A stretch of 64,000 nt of DNA from positions 3,596,001-3,660,000 of the forward strand of contig OZ176056.1 of NCBI GenBank assembly GCA_964247055.1. The letters run 5' to 3'. The position numbers and the translations under genes are program-made. Below the pieces are notes generated by a model. It had not been told where the DNA came from. It was given only the letters and a program-made list of their open reading frames with translations, and did not search any database. Positions 39,623-53,814 of the stretch are shown here, piece after piece (position 1 is the first letter of the stretch; the number at the start of each line of letters is the position of its first letter). This DNA comes from Paragordius varius (lineage: Eukaryota > Animalia > Nematomorpha).

Positions 39623-40065
39623 CCTTTGGAGTCATCTAATCCAAACGACTTTTGTTTAATTTGGGAAGGTATGTGATTTTGGACTAATTGATCTAGTATA
39701 TATCCTTCTCTGAGGTGGCTTAAACGTCGGGCACAATCTTCTAAAGCTAACTTTTCGTCATTTAATATATCACTTGCCTACAATCTGCTAAGAAACACAA
39801 TATACCTTAATTTTCAAAAGTTCCAATTTGTTTTTAATTGAATCAATGGTAGAAGCAATCAAAGATGATATTAAAGGGTTAATATCAGCCATATTTTTGA
39901 GTTTTTTATCAAATTCGTTGGAACACGATAAAATGACATTTATTTCTCTATCCAATGATTTCAGCGAATTGCGGTATTTTTTATTAAGATTCTCATAAGG
40001 TATCTAATTATTTTATTAATCAAAAATACCTTAATTATGGAATACTCCAGGCATTTTAAATCCAT
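33675..40065 (-). CDS. MAEA: E3 ubiquitin ligase MAEA (CTLH/GID complex), about 536 aa, 11 exons: 40065-40030, 40003-39806, 39777-39624, 39402-39209, 38391-38269, 37770-37694, 37078-36931, 35944-35808, 35599-35532, 34596-34223, 33776-33675
   Basis: The product reads [12 protein letters not shown]|[11 protein letters not shown], Lis[43 protein letters not shown] region [40 protein letters not shown], and the C-terminus [21 protein letters not shown]. Confidence 0.95.
39778..39805 (-). other. 28-nt spliceosomal intron (MAEA intron 2)
   Basis: GTATATTGTGTTTCTTAGCAGATTGTAG joins LLKIK|ASDIL. Only the third AG restores the frame. Confidence 0.88.
40004..40029 (-). other. 26-nt spliceosomal intron (MAEA intron 1)
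   Basis: GTATTTTTGATTAATAAAATAATTAG joins LEYSIIK|IPYE (family pattern EYPTLK-VPYE). Confidence 0.9.
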
Positions 40066-40212
40066 ATTTTTTAATCAAAAAATCTGGAGAGCCAAGGTCG
40101 ATTAAATCATTAAATCATGCGATAAAAATAATAAATCATCTGTGGTTGCGTTATTTAATTTTTCCATCTCATATAAAAAAATCATATATTCAATAAAACT
40201 AATTAAATTTAA

Positions 40213-40775
40213 CACTTCAATTCAAATTGGTCTAAATACCCCAGACTATATTTAAGTTATTTTTAGAAAACTACTGAAAGAAACAGTCCCAATTTAAATT
40301 TATTCTTCTATCCTATTCAAAATTATATAAAAAAGCCGAATTCTAAATAAAATTTAATTAGAAAAAAGTTCCATATCAAACTACTTGGACGCCATTTTTA
40401 TTTTGCAACATTTTGCAAAATATCGTGTTTTTTTGATTTTAGAGCTAAAATGAAAGCTAATTTTTCATTTAAAAACATCTAACATTGATAGAAATATAAA
40501 AAGTGGTTTATTTTGTATCATTTTTAAATTTAGCTAATGCACACATGCCATGTTGACTAAATTTTTACCTTGCCGTTTTACCTAATAATAAGTATTACCA
40601 AGTATTTTTGAAAGATATTTTTTATATATTTCGGTTCATTAATGTTATATGAGTGCAATTTTTTGCCATGGTTTCAATCCATATTTTTTGAATTATTTAA
40701 TTTTAAACAGGCCTGTGGTATCCAACTACCCCAATTTGAATCGAAGGACTGTAATAAATGTGTTGTAGCCAAGTA
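40213..40775 (-). mobile_element. piggyBac-like MITE flanked by TTAA
   Basis: ttaa|cacttcaattcaaattgg ... gtagccaagta|ttaa. Confidence 0.75.
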
Positions 40776-42254
40776 TTAATAAAATCTAAGCAATATTTTC
40801 CTAAGTATGTAATCTTACTTTATTTATCTTCATCATAACATACTAATTTTCTTTCCATATTTCGATTTAAGAAAATATTAAAACAATTGAAAGAAAAAGT
40901 TTCAATTTAAATTTCTTTCATCCTAATAAAATTTTGTAAATCCAAAATTAGATAGAAATTTCCTTTAAACTAATGTCATATCAAACTCTTAGAGGGCATT
41001 TTTTACAACATATTTTTTGATTCTGCCAAAATATCAGATATTTTTCAAGGCAAATCTCCTAACATCAATCTAAATAAACAGTGTATTTTGCCTTTTTAAT
41101 TTAGATTCCATGTTTACCCATAAAATAAGTATAAAAATTATTAAATCTTTTAATAATTGACTTCAAAGTTTTTTAAGTCCGAACTTTTCCAATGGTTTCG
41201 ATTTCCATGTTTTTTGATTTTAAACAGGAAACCCAATTTGAATCGAAGGACTAAAATGTATGTCTTATATTCAAGTATGCATTTTAAAGCAGTCAAAAGA
41301 TATGCTTTAAAAAATAAAATTAGAATTCCGCATCTCCAAATTTTAACCCGCCAATATTTTTTCAAAAAAACTTAAAACAAACTCTAATAATATATGTTAA
41401 AACTTCAGTTTTCAAATGATTTTAATACTAAATATTTGTAAAATGTAAAAGCTTTAATATTTTGTTTTATAACAAAGTATATGTTGATAAACTTTTGAAA
41501 ATTCAGGCAAATGTACGTTCCTTAAGATAAATTATATATGAGATAATGTTATATAAATTAAGGGTCATAAAAGAAAGAATCTGTCTCAGTTTCCTATAAT
41601 CATTTATGTGATCATGTTTCCTACTCCAATATTTTAATCAAGATATTTAAAATTTGTAATGTTAAATCACGATTTTATCATGAAAATCTAAGATTATATT
41701 TTTCTGAAAATTGTGATTTATTTGACGATGTTCATATGTAAGAGGATGGATGGCAAAAATAATTTGTGATGATTGTCTTTGTATTTTTTTATGAGAATAT
41801 TTGGCACTAGATTTGTAGTCTCCAGTCATTTGGACGTCAATACTAGCGCTTATTTGCAGTGGTGTTAATTTAATTTTTTTCGTCATTTTTTAGGCAGGCA
41901 ATCTCAAGCTTATTATTATGCAGAGCATCAGTTAAAAGGTGATGAGTCTATGATGGTGATAACCATAAATTTATTATGGTTTTGTTCAATTTTTTCTTAC
42001 ATATTTTAGAATAAAGCAACGTTACTTTATGCTTTGCTATATTATAAATATCATACTTGGTTTTGTCCTTATCGTATTGGTTTTATCTAGAGTCACACTT
42101 ATGTTTTGACTTAAATTATTATTTATACCATTCATGTTTTTAACATTAATTTTATGCTTTTATATGTTATGTCCACCCCGTATAAAAAGCAAATCAAGAT
42201 TCAAAATTAATTTTTTCTCCTTACACTCTGTTGATTAAAATTTATGATAGTTAA

Positions 42255-42288
<34 letters not shown>

Positions 42289-43045
42289 TTATAATCCTGA
42301 ATTGTTTTTTTCTTCCAAATTTTAACAAATAGTCAATTTTGTTTTACGTAGCAAAAACTTATTATGTTTTAACATATTTGTCCAATATTATTTATATGCG
42401 TTTTTTTTGGCCGATAAAATTGATTAAATCTTGCATGTTGAAAATTAACTTAAGACATTTTTATGTTTTCGATATATAATAAATCATTGTAAATCATATA
42501 AAAAAAATAACATTTTATAAATTATGAAAGCGATTAAAATATTAGAGTAAGTTGTATTATTATTTTTGGTAGACTAAAACCATATGAATTTCTTATTTTT
42601 TCCAATTATGAATCCTTATTAACCAATAATATTTATGATTAACTTGAGTATTGAAAGTGATTAAATGATTATCTATTGATGGATTTTGGATAATTAAGTA
42701 TTTTTTATCGATAATTTTCTATTTCATTTGCTACTGCCTTATCAATATTGAATGGTCCACAAACAAAAAGTTAGTTGTGCTTACTAATCTAAAACCATAA
42801 ATAGTGTGCTACGATAGCTATGAAACCATAAATAAAATTATATGTATTTATAAAATTTATTGCAATAATCGTTAAATTTGTATTTTATAATTTTGAATTT
42901 TATGATATAAATTAAAAAAATACTGAATACAATGCAATTTTCAAAAGTTAATTTGTCAAGATGATCTGTTTTCAGAGATAATTCACATTTTTTATCACAG
43001 CTGTTTTGGGTTTTCCCATATAAGCATCTCTTACTTTTTTGGATT

Positions 43046-46000
43046 TTAAGCATTATTTTTGCTTTGAAGTTCAAATTTTTTGGCATCTATTTGATGTTTT
43101 GTGGTGTGATTGATAAAATTTTTGCGTTTAGCGTGCTTTGTTTTGCAAAGAGCTGGACATAAAAGGCTAAGAAAAGCTTTCCGAAATTTCTTTGACATTA
43201 AATTGTATAGTATAGGGTTAACCGTAGAGTTGGCATAATAAAGGCAACCTATATATACAGTATAGTGGTATAGAATATGGAAAAACTTTAAAACAGTGGT
43301 GTTTAAACATTTAAAATATATTTAATATATATTTGGTTAAAAATTGCAAACAAACAACCAATAACAACATTGAAATCGGGAAAACTCAGAAATTTTATTA
43401 CATTTTGGAATTTATGCGGATCTATTTAGCAGTATTTTTTGCCTCTTTATTCTGGAAGATACAATCAATTAAAATACGCATTTAACTGAATTTTTTGATT
43501 GCTTTGACAATTGCATTTAACACTTCATCCTTTTGCTAGTTTTTAATTCAAAACCGTTATTAATTTTAATACTATAATATAATTTGATATTAAGCCATAA
43601 TTTGCATTCTTTGGTCTTTTTAACGTATATTCTATAAATTTAATGTAATATAACCTTTGACCCATGTTAAAGTAATTACCTTTTTACCGACATACTTACT
43701 TTAACATGGACCCATGTCTTCAACTTTTTGCTGCCAAATATCCCTTGTTTAAAATAAAACTTTGTACATAATATTACATTTTTAGTTAAAAATGTAAAAA
43801 AATGTACGTGACATGAGTTTTTTCTCTCTTTTTTGTGCATTTCTACACAAAATATACAGTAAGAAAAAACAAAAAATAGGCTTGCTTACATTCATTTATA
43901 TGACTAGTTTGTTGTGTTTTAAAAAACATTTTTATCATCCAATTTTGAATATTTAGAGAATTAATCAAACACACCTGTTATATTGAATAGTTTTTCGAGT
44001 ACGGCTTTTCGTTCAGGCGTCCATTTGTGATTGAAAACGAAAAATAAGCGCTGAGCATTAAATGGGGCCCAACATATGAAAAAGGTTACGACAACGGCCA
44101 CTAAATAGATTAAATAAAAAATTTATTATAGAAATTTTTAGGGTATAGAATTTTTTTTTCTTTATATGAAAAAAGGAATGCTAAATAATAATATACTTAT
44201 ATCATATTTTATTAACTAGCTTAGTCATATAATTTTTTCAGAATCTATATTTGAAAAAAGGCTTCCTCCGATTTTTACCAAAAATTTATCTACTTTTTCA
44301 AAAAAGCTATAAATAAGTCAATCATTGTCTTTTAATATTTTTGACAAAAATTTGGAATTATTCTTACTTAGTAAATAAAAAATGGAAATTTTTTTCCGAT
44401 TCTTTTTGAATATCAGACTAATACTCTAAAAATAGATAATGAAAATTTGGTTTAAAATATGTACATTTGCATTTATAAAATAATAACTAATAAAGAGTCC
44501 TAAACAATTATTGTCAATTAAAAGTTGTGACAAACGCATTTTTCAACCTTTAATATGTAATTCTATAGTAATATCCCATATTCATTATATAGATTATAAA
44601 ACTAAATTTAATTCTGACAAAAATATTAAAATTAAATTTAATCCCACTTGTAAAATATGAATATCAAAATAGATTTTATTATATTTTATAATAATTTTAG
44701 CCGACACTTTGACAAATAATGGTTTTTCTATTCTGTAATAAAATATTTTTATGTACATTTTATATCTATGTTCAAAAAATAATTCCTGGTAATTTGTTAA
44801 ATATGCAGTCAATATTTATTGTCGTTTACATGTTACATGGAAATCATTAATATGCAAATTGATTTTATTAAATAAATTATTTTATTTTTAATATATAAAA
44901 ATGAATGTGGTCATCAAAATAACTTTTATTAGCTATTTCGCCAAAATTCGCAAATATAGCCATAAAAATAAATATTTGTATTTGATTCACGGTTTATGTA
45001 AAAATGTAAAAAATTATAATATATATGCCATTATTTTGTTTTCAATTGAAAAAATCTCACTATACAAGCTTTTATCCATCTAAATACATTATTATACAGT
45101 TATAACCATAGAGATCTGATAATTCTATACATATCAAAAAGGCAAAAATAAAAAATTATTTTATATTTTTAGCACTTTTTCAAAATAAAAAAATGATGAC
45201 TACTCTACAAAACATTAGCTAAATGATTAATTCAATCCCAACCATAAATGACCCTACAATTTTAAAAATAGTTATAACTCAAAAAACACCTCTCGGCTTT
45301 ATAAACGCCCAATTTTACCATACAACATTTTTGTGAGTGTGTATTAAAATCTACCTAACATACGTATTGCATCGTTCCGAGATCTCGATCGTTTTTGTTC
45401 ACTTCGGGTGGGGTGATTTTTGCGGATTAAGGGCTTTTTGTGACAGCATTTTTTATCAGCAACATAATTAACATCATTAAGGAGTCCAGGATCCACAACT
45501 TTGTTAAAATTGGTGAAATTTTGTGAAAATTTTTTGAATTTTACACCGACATTCTGATTAATTTTATTGAAATAACAACCACCTATATTATTGCTCTCAT
45601 CAATATTATCATTTTTTGGTTGTAAACTATGAGTGTTAGTGTCTGTTATTAAAGAATTATTTTTAGAAGCATTTTCCAAGCTCTCACCTGACTTCGTGAA
45701 GGCCTGCATTCGCGTAAGAGGTGGTCTTTGTCGTTTTAAACCTCCAATTTTGGTGACATCTTTCAAAGGCATCATCATTTTATCTAATGACCATAAAAAT
45801 ATATCATAATAGCGCACAGCGTAAGGTCAATAAAACTATTAAAAATTATGGTTAATTATATATGGCATTATATAAGTAAAACAACACATTAAACCACAAA
45901 AATTATATTTTTTACTTAAAGAAAAAGTGCGAAGCCTTTAGATTGACGAACAGAGAAATTTAAATCGCAAGTATTTAGTTTAGCGTAGAATTTTTTATCT

Positions 46001-49000
46001 CACACATATTCCTTTGCAGCATTTTAACTAAATATAAATGCAATTTTGTTTATGAAAATTGAAAAAAAAATTGTTAGATGTTTTAACATTCCTTATCTCT
46101 TAACGTTATAGCATTATTAAAAATTGCAATTTTTTATTTAATTTATCTACTTATATTATTTTACGTCTTAATCTTAAAAAAATATTTATAAATTCAGCGG
46201 TATAAGTTTTATACAGAAGCGCGCGCATAAATCATTCATGGTTTTTATTGGAATTTTTTTTGTATTAAGTGAGTTTTAGGTATAAATCCCGTTTTACAAT
46301 TATGCGCATGGTATCATTTTTAAACTGCTATTTGAAAAATTATTTGTAATTTACCATTATTTTCGTTTGGCTTTTGTTCCTCCAAATTTAGCCTATCCAA
46401 TTCTTCATTCCCACTAATTTCTGATTCAGAATTAGAAAAATTTTCATCCACATCATTATATACTATTTCTGTATCTTCTTCCCCGATAGTTAGTATACTT
46501 TGCTTTGATTGGGTTTGCCTTGGATTCCATGCTTTGGGTATTATACTTTGATCGGTTATGGAATTATGTGTGTGTTGAGAACTGCTAATTGATTTCTGTC
46601 GCTCAAATTTTTTCGCATTCCTTGCCTCCTCCAACTTTCGAAAGTAAGAGCTAGTTTCATCAGTAGCATTTGGCTTGCTAGAAAAATTCTTTAGACCTAA
46701 CATGGTTTTAGCTGAGCTCCTTAGTTTAAGACCAATCTTTATGTACAGGACTATGAGTATACCCATGGGCATAACCAAGAAAGCTAATGCTGACCAAACT
46801 AACAAGGGGATATATTTGCTGGATTGACTAAAGCCAAACGGGACACCACACCAGGCACTTTCTACGATAGGCCGATCGCCATAATCGCACACATAATTGA
46901 TTTGAGTGAACATGGAAAAGGGTACGGCATTTATACATGCAATCACCCAAACCCCCGCTATAATTTTGAGCACTCTGTTGAGATTTGACATGGCATGAGC
47001 CCGGAGCGGATGACAAATGGCAAAATAACGTTCGATCGTAAATGCCGTTATACACAGAATGGAACTATAAGTTGTCATTTCGGCCACCATAACCCGTAAA
47101 GCACACATAAAAGCTCCAAAGGGGTAAGGGTATTGGATCCACATTGAATAAAGCTCCTGAGGCATACCTGTATAACAATACGATAAATTTTATATTGAAT
47201 ACAGTAAGAACAAGTCTACATTGCTAGTTTCTTAATAAATATATTGCCAGATAGCATATTCAGATAATTGCAGTATTTATGGCTTATAATTGTTTTTTCC
47301 CTCTCTTCTTGCATAAGTTATCTGGCAATATTTATAGATGGTTGATATTTTAAATTTTCTAAATTTATGATTTAGTCAAATAATTTTTAGATAATTTATC
47401 CCTTTCTTATTACTTTAGTTGAAAAACAAAACAGGTTTATTTAAATTTATTTTGATCAAACAATTGCAATTTGATATACAATGGTGACTTAATTTGCGGT
47501 ATTTCTTGTGAAAGACTATTTTTTTACCCAAACATACTTTTTGCTTAAATTAGGTGATTTATTCTATTTTTAAAAGCAAAAACAAAAGTCTGTTAAACCC
47601 TTTTATTCAAATATAGTTTTAAAAATAATAATTAAACAAATTGACAATATTATTAATTAATAATATATTCTTTTTTTATACAATCGTTATGTGTTGTTGA
47701 AAAAATTATATTCATAATATGTAAAAAAATCTTTATTCTGCCGCAAAATAGTAAATAGGCCATATATTAATTTGTTACACGAAAAACTAGTTGATGGTAT
47801 TCTCACTCTATTACTTAGCCGTATCTTGTTTTGTTTTTTGAGCCTTAAGATATCCCAATGTGCATCATTTTTAAGATTTATTTCCATAAAACTTTAAATA
47901 AAAGAATTTTTGCATTTATAATTTAATAGTATATTTTATATATTACTTATGTATGATATTTGGTTTTGGGAAAATGTACTTAAAAGTAGTTTTTTAGCAA
48001 CTGGTATTCTTATTTCATACATTTCAAGATAATAAACCAAATTGACAATTGTCACAAAATATGATTTTTAAAAAGATAAAATAGTCAAATATTTTGACAT
48101 ACCTAGTTATCAGATATCGCACGATATACTGTTAAAAAATTGAAATAAGTTTAATAAAATAAAACTGCCAGTTAGTTATAAAACAACCATTTTAACCGTT
48201 GAAATAATTTGCTGGAAGAAATTTCTATAAATATGTAATGTGATATCCAAATAATTTTATTTATACCTATTCTAATCTAATGCGCACACTTTTAACACTT
48301 GGATACAACACACTCATTTTAATCCTTCGATTCAAATTGGGGTAGTTGGATACCCCAAGCCTATTTAAAATCAAATACTTTATAAAGTATGGAAGTATTC
48401 GAAACCATGGCAAAATTTTGCACTTATATAACATTAATAAACCGAAATATATAAAAAATTTTATCTAAAAATACTTGATACTACTTATTTTAAGCTAAAA
48501 TCAAAAGGTAAAAATTTCGTCAACGTGACATGTGTCAAATTGTAAAATTAAAAAATAATACAAAATAAACTGGTTTTCTATTTCTATCAATGTTAGATGT
48601 AAATTATATAAAAAATTAGCTTTAGTTTTACCCTTAAAATTAAATGAAGACGATATTTGAAAAAATTTTGTAAAATAAAAATGGCGTCGAAGTAGTTTGA
48701 GATGGAACTTTTTTTCATAACAAAATTTTATCAAGATATTTTGGCATATTTATATATATCAGGATTGAAGCATAAATTTAAATTGGGACCGTTTCCTTCA
48801 GTATTTTTTTAAAAATATTAATTTAAATTTAGTCTGGGGTATTTAAATACCCCAATTTGAATCGAAGTGTTAATATTTACAGTGAAAATTGAAATTATCT
48901 GTATAAGACAACACCTTAATGTTTCCCATATAAGCTACTTAGTTACAATTGTAAAATATAGAATTGGTTGTTTTATCTATTTTACACTTTGCCATTTAAA

Positions 49001-52000
49001 ACAATGAGTTATATATAAAAATTCAAACTTTAAAAAGTATGGTTGTCTTTTAAAAAAATGTTTATCTATATATTTTTACGTTTTGTCCGTATAATTTCAG
49101 TTTTTACTGTAATTTTCCGTAAAATTATTACATAAGGTAATTAGGAGGTTATATCCCATCACGGTTTAAATTTTTTTGAGTAAAAATATCAAACATATAC
49201 CGCAAAATAATTTAATATTTCATATATGCCAACTTTCAATCGAGGTTTCGCCTTATAATTTAATTAAGTTTACCATGTCACTTTCTTTCACACCATTTCA
49301 ATTTAATTATCTTTTGGATGTCACAAATATGAAATATCATGGCTTTAATAAATTTTTAGTGCGCCTTATCATCTTTCCTCTCTGCAAAATATCAAAAAAA
49401 AATTTTGTTAATTATTAATTTTTTGTCAATATATGGTATTGCAAATTATATATTTTCTATTACAAAAAAAAATATACTTCAAAGAAATTTATATAAATAT
49501 ATATATATATGAATAACTTCCAAACAAAATTATATATTAAAGTTATTATGTTAGAGGGATTAGAATTAGATATTTTGGTCTACTATTGTCAATAGCATTT
49601 TTTAATATCTATAAGACACAATAAGGACCTTTAAACTTGCAATATAAAAACTTTTTTTTAAGTAAAAATGGCGTAAAGCCTATACCAAAAAACATGATTT
49701 GAAGTTAAAACGAATTAAAAACTATAAAGTGTTGGAAATAAAGCTTATGATTTTTTGTAAAATTACTTGAAAATTATAAGAAAATGAAATTTAATTTTTT
49801 GAAACCATTTGAAGATCAAAGATAATTTTATTTAATCGAAATTGAAAACTTATATTGTTGAAAATCTTTACACCACATATAAACTCTTAAAAACTCCTCC
49901 AAATATTTTTTGTACAAAGTTTTTATTTTTAATATAATTTTTTTTTCGCGGTTTATTTTTCAAACATATACAGTTCCTCTTTCCGAAAATTTCATTTATA
50001 TTTATTGATAAAGACGACATCAATGGTGCTTTATGAGTACTGTGGGAATACAATAATAAAATTTAATCTTTTTAAAACAAAAATGATAAAATAGTTTAAC
50101 AATAAAAATTATAGTATAACCACGTATAGAATCTTATAAAACCTGAATTTTAAATTCAAAAAAAAAATAATATTGTTCGAAATATATTCCTTTATATAAG
50201 AATAATTTAATTTTTGAATTGGATATGGTTGACACAATAATATTGATTCCAATACCACTCAATTTTTCCGAATTACCTTAAAAATTAGTGCAATAATACC
50301 CATATATAGTTTATGCGTTCTTAGTTTCGCTATATAAAAAAGTAAGACCTCTAAAATTAAAAAAGCGGACCTACAAATAGTATAGGATATTGATTGGGCG
50401 AATGCTAAAAAATCATATTAGAGAGATGGTAAAGCCTTAATTTTATTTTTGTTTAAATTTATTTTTTTAATTGCCAAAAAATTTTATTTAGTTAAGACTT
50501 CGAATCAAGGGGTATCTAATAACCCAGACTAAATTTAAGTTTGGTTCTTTAAAAACTAATGAAAACGGTCTCAATTAAATTTATGTTTCGATCCTTATAA
50601 AAATTATATAAACATGCCAAAATAACTTCAAACTATTTCGATGCCATTTTTATTTAAAATTTTTGCAAAATATCGTCTTAATTAATTTTATGGGTAAAAT
50701 TTTTTGATATAAATTACATCTAACATTGATAGAAATCGAAAAAGCGGTTTATTTTGTATTATCTTTTAATTTTACTATTTCACACATGTCACGTTGAAGA
50801 AATTTCTACCTTTCGGTTTTAGTGTAAAATAAGTAATGAAATATTTTTGAATAAATTTTTTTATATATTCCGGTTTATTAATTTTATATAGGTGCCAAAT
50901 TTTGCTATGGTCTCAATTCCTTCCATATTTTTAAAGAATTTAATGTTTAACAAACCTGGGGTATCCAACTATCCCAATTTGAATCGAAGGACTGAAATGA
51001 AGTGTTGTATCCAAGTGTTAATTGATAAAATATTTTCTTTAGAGTCAAAGCGACGCTTGACAACTCACATAAGCGTTTAAGTAATTAAAAATTATAGAAA
51101 AATGATAAAAAGATCAGATAATTTCTAAATTTTAAGATTATAAAAATGCTATTAAAATGAATTTAAGATGTGCAAAAATTGTCGAAAAAAATTAATTAAA
51201 AATGTTTAATTTAAATTTGATCTAAGTATTTATGTATATCTTATTCTTTGATGGCTTAAAATGTGTCGCTTAAGGTTTATATTGATTTTTATAACGCGCC
51301 TGTATTTTATGACAAAAAAAATAATTTTATACAATTGTTACCTACATTCATTTAGCCATTTTTACTTCATTTTTAATTGAAAAATTATGTTTCGATGACT
51401 ATATATTTTATTAATAACTATCAAATATTCATAATTGTAACTTTAAAATTATTATTTGGATATTGTGAAAAAATTCATAATAAATATAAGTTAACTAGTT
51501 GCTTTAATAGGGTAAGTGTACAGAGTTAGACGGGAATTCTGTATTTTTTCAAATAAATAGATATGGTTCTATTTTAGGACAAATGTAAAATACAAGTAAA
51601 TATTGAGTTTAAGATTACCCCAGTTCAAATCATTAAAGTTAAAAATATAATCTAATATTGAGCTTTTGTAAACTTTATTTTTGTCAAAAAAAGTTTAAAA
51701 TATTCATAAATAGTAATTTAATTATCATACACAAACTGATGACTTGTCGAGAAGTTATTAAATTTTATGCATAAATTCATAATATTATAATAAATAAAAT
51801 TTGTCCTCTCGATAGCGAAGTCCTAAGAAGAGATTTGAAAACAATTTTAAATACTTTTAGTTTGATTGATAGAAAAAAAATAGTTACCAACTTTGTCAAA
51901 GGTACCGATTATATGGATGCTAATATATTATAATTCCTAACCAAATTTTTCATAAGCGCCGATAAATTTAATAAAATTAACATAAATAAAATAACTTTAT

Positions 52001-52855
52001 TTTGAATATTAAGTAATTGTTAGTAATAATAAGTTCCTTTGGCCCGTATAATTAAAAAATTTTAAATAATTTTTCTATCCAATTTAGAAATCAGAACGAC
52101 GGAGAAATTGAATAATATAATCAATTAGTTATTAATATTACAACAGTTTTCCTTGCTAAACTAAACCAAAAAAAGTTTTTTTATGTAAGTTAATTTTCCA
52201 TTTTAAAATTTATGAAAAAAGTAAAAAAAGTTGAAAAAATTAAGTATTAACCTATGATAAGGGATAAGAGATCAGCTATGGCCAGATTAAAGAGGTAATA
52301 ATTGGTGGCAGTATGCATAGAACGCATTTTTGCAATCACCGTACATGTCATAATGTTACCAAACAGACCCGTTACCAAAATTATACTATATATCACAGTC
52401 ATGGGGATAACTACATTGTAAGGCAATGTTTTTGAACCCAAAATTTCGGTTAAATTTATTATCGTTGGAGTAGGAGCTATATGTTGCAAATTACTATTGT
52501 TTTTGATTGAATTAGTCACGTCTTTTATGAAAGGTTCCGTGATGGTGGTTGCATTGCTATTCACATTTCGTTGATTACGTAGCGGTCCGCGGGTATCCGC
52601 CGAAAATAATTGGGCCAAATATGTGTCTTTAGGAGATGAGGTTTTAGTTATAACTGTGGGTTGAAACGTAGACCGTGTAAGGAATAAAATATCATTGGCA
52701 TGAGCTAAATGGTTTGAAAGGAGGATGGGTACTGTTGTGAAATTACTTAGAGAATGTTTCTGTACAAATTCTAAAGGGTAGATAGGATTAGGGGTAGTTG
52801 GTGGTGGGATTCCATATAAATCTCTAACGTACAGGGAACACAAATTAGCTTTCAT
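43046..52855 (-). CDS. Class A neuropeptide GPCR, neuromedin-U/capa/pyrokinin (PRXamide) receptor family, about 724 aa, 5 exons: 52855-52252, 47167-46355, 45783-45355, 44100-43975, 43248-43046
   Basis: TM1-2 GLFGNIMTC..MHTATNYYLFNLAIADLL, TM3 AFTIERYFAICHPL, TM6 RMLVAVVVTFFICWAPFNAQRL and TM7 YYANSTVNPILYNLMSKKFRKAF. The start codon is less certain. Confidence 0.92.
48296..48869 (+). mobile_element. piggyBac-like MITE with intact TTAA TSD
   Basis: TTAA|CACTTggatac ... atcgAAGTG|TTAA, 574 bp, in GPCR intron 1. Confidence 0.8.
48880..49109. mobile_element. Tc1/pogo-like MITE
   Basis: ta|cagtgaaaattgaaattat ... gtccgtataatttcagtttttactg|ta. Confidence 0.7.
50496..51017 (-). mobile_element. piggyBac-like MITE
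   Basis: ttaa|gacttcgaatc ... gttgtatccaagtg|ttaa, an inverted copy of 48296-48869. Confidence 0.75.
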
Positions 52856-53814
52856 TTAGTTGATTTTTATAAAATTATTTATGGTACAGTTTTTAACCAA
52901 CACATTCATAGCAACAATGTAAAAAATTAATTTTAACGGATATGTTTGGAGAGTCAATTGATTTTATATTTTTTTTATTAAATATAAATATATAACATGA
53001 TGAAAAGATGCTTCATTCTTATAAAAATTAGAGTAATTTGATATTATGTGAATGGAATTCTTTAAAATGCATAACAAAAAATGATCAATATTTATTTATT
53101 GTATATATATGCATTGTGCGAAAAAATGGGAACTAAAATAAATTTTTTCAAAAAATAAAAGGGTTTTTTTAACAATTTTCTTAATTTATTAGGAAATAAT
53201 GTTATTGATAAATATTTTTTATGTATTGCAAAAATAATTTATATTGTCTCATATTTTTTTTAAAGTCTAAAATTATAAAATGTTTTTAGATACAGCAGAT
53301 ATTTTAAAAATTGTTTACAAAAATTGATATTATATATATTATATAAATTTAAAAAACTTTCACCTGTGTAAATATTATATAGTATAACTTTAAAAATAAT
53401 TTTTTAAATTACATAATGTGATGTATAAATGATTGTTAATTATTACTCATTGATTTATTAGACGTTGTCATATTTATTTCGCTAGCATAGGATTTGTAAG
53501 GTTTCTTTCATACTTTTTTCCCTGTGCCTTTTACCAGAAATATTTAATAGAAATTACGAATTTGACAGCTAAAGTAGGATCATATTTAGAATATGTTTTC
53601 GCTTAAAAATTTAACGACTTTTTGCCCTGTAGAGCTTACTAAGTTACCGCCCTGATACTTGGATCAATAGCAGGACCAATTATAAATTGTCTATATTTTG
53701 TCGTATTTTAAACCAGGGGTGTATGCCCCAGAACTTCAGGGACTTTATGAGCGGGCCGCAAAAAAATTGGGATTCTATAATTTGCGAAAACATGCTCACA
53801 AAATTTAATTGATA

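Noticed and set aside
41662-41886. 74-aa - strand ORF between the GPCR and MAEA
   Set aside because: No homology or splice support; likely chance or a TE relic.
46328-46354. Apparent 27-nt intron after GPCR exon 2
   Set aside because: It leads to an immediate stop and loses TM6-7; the real acceptor is at 45783.
51790-51935. ~45-codon open + strand stretch in GPCR intron 1
   Set aside because: No start, splice context or recognisable motif.
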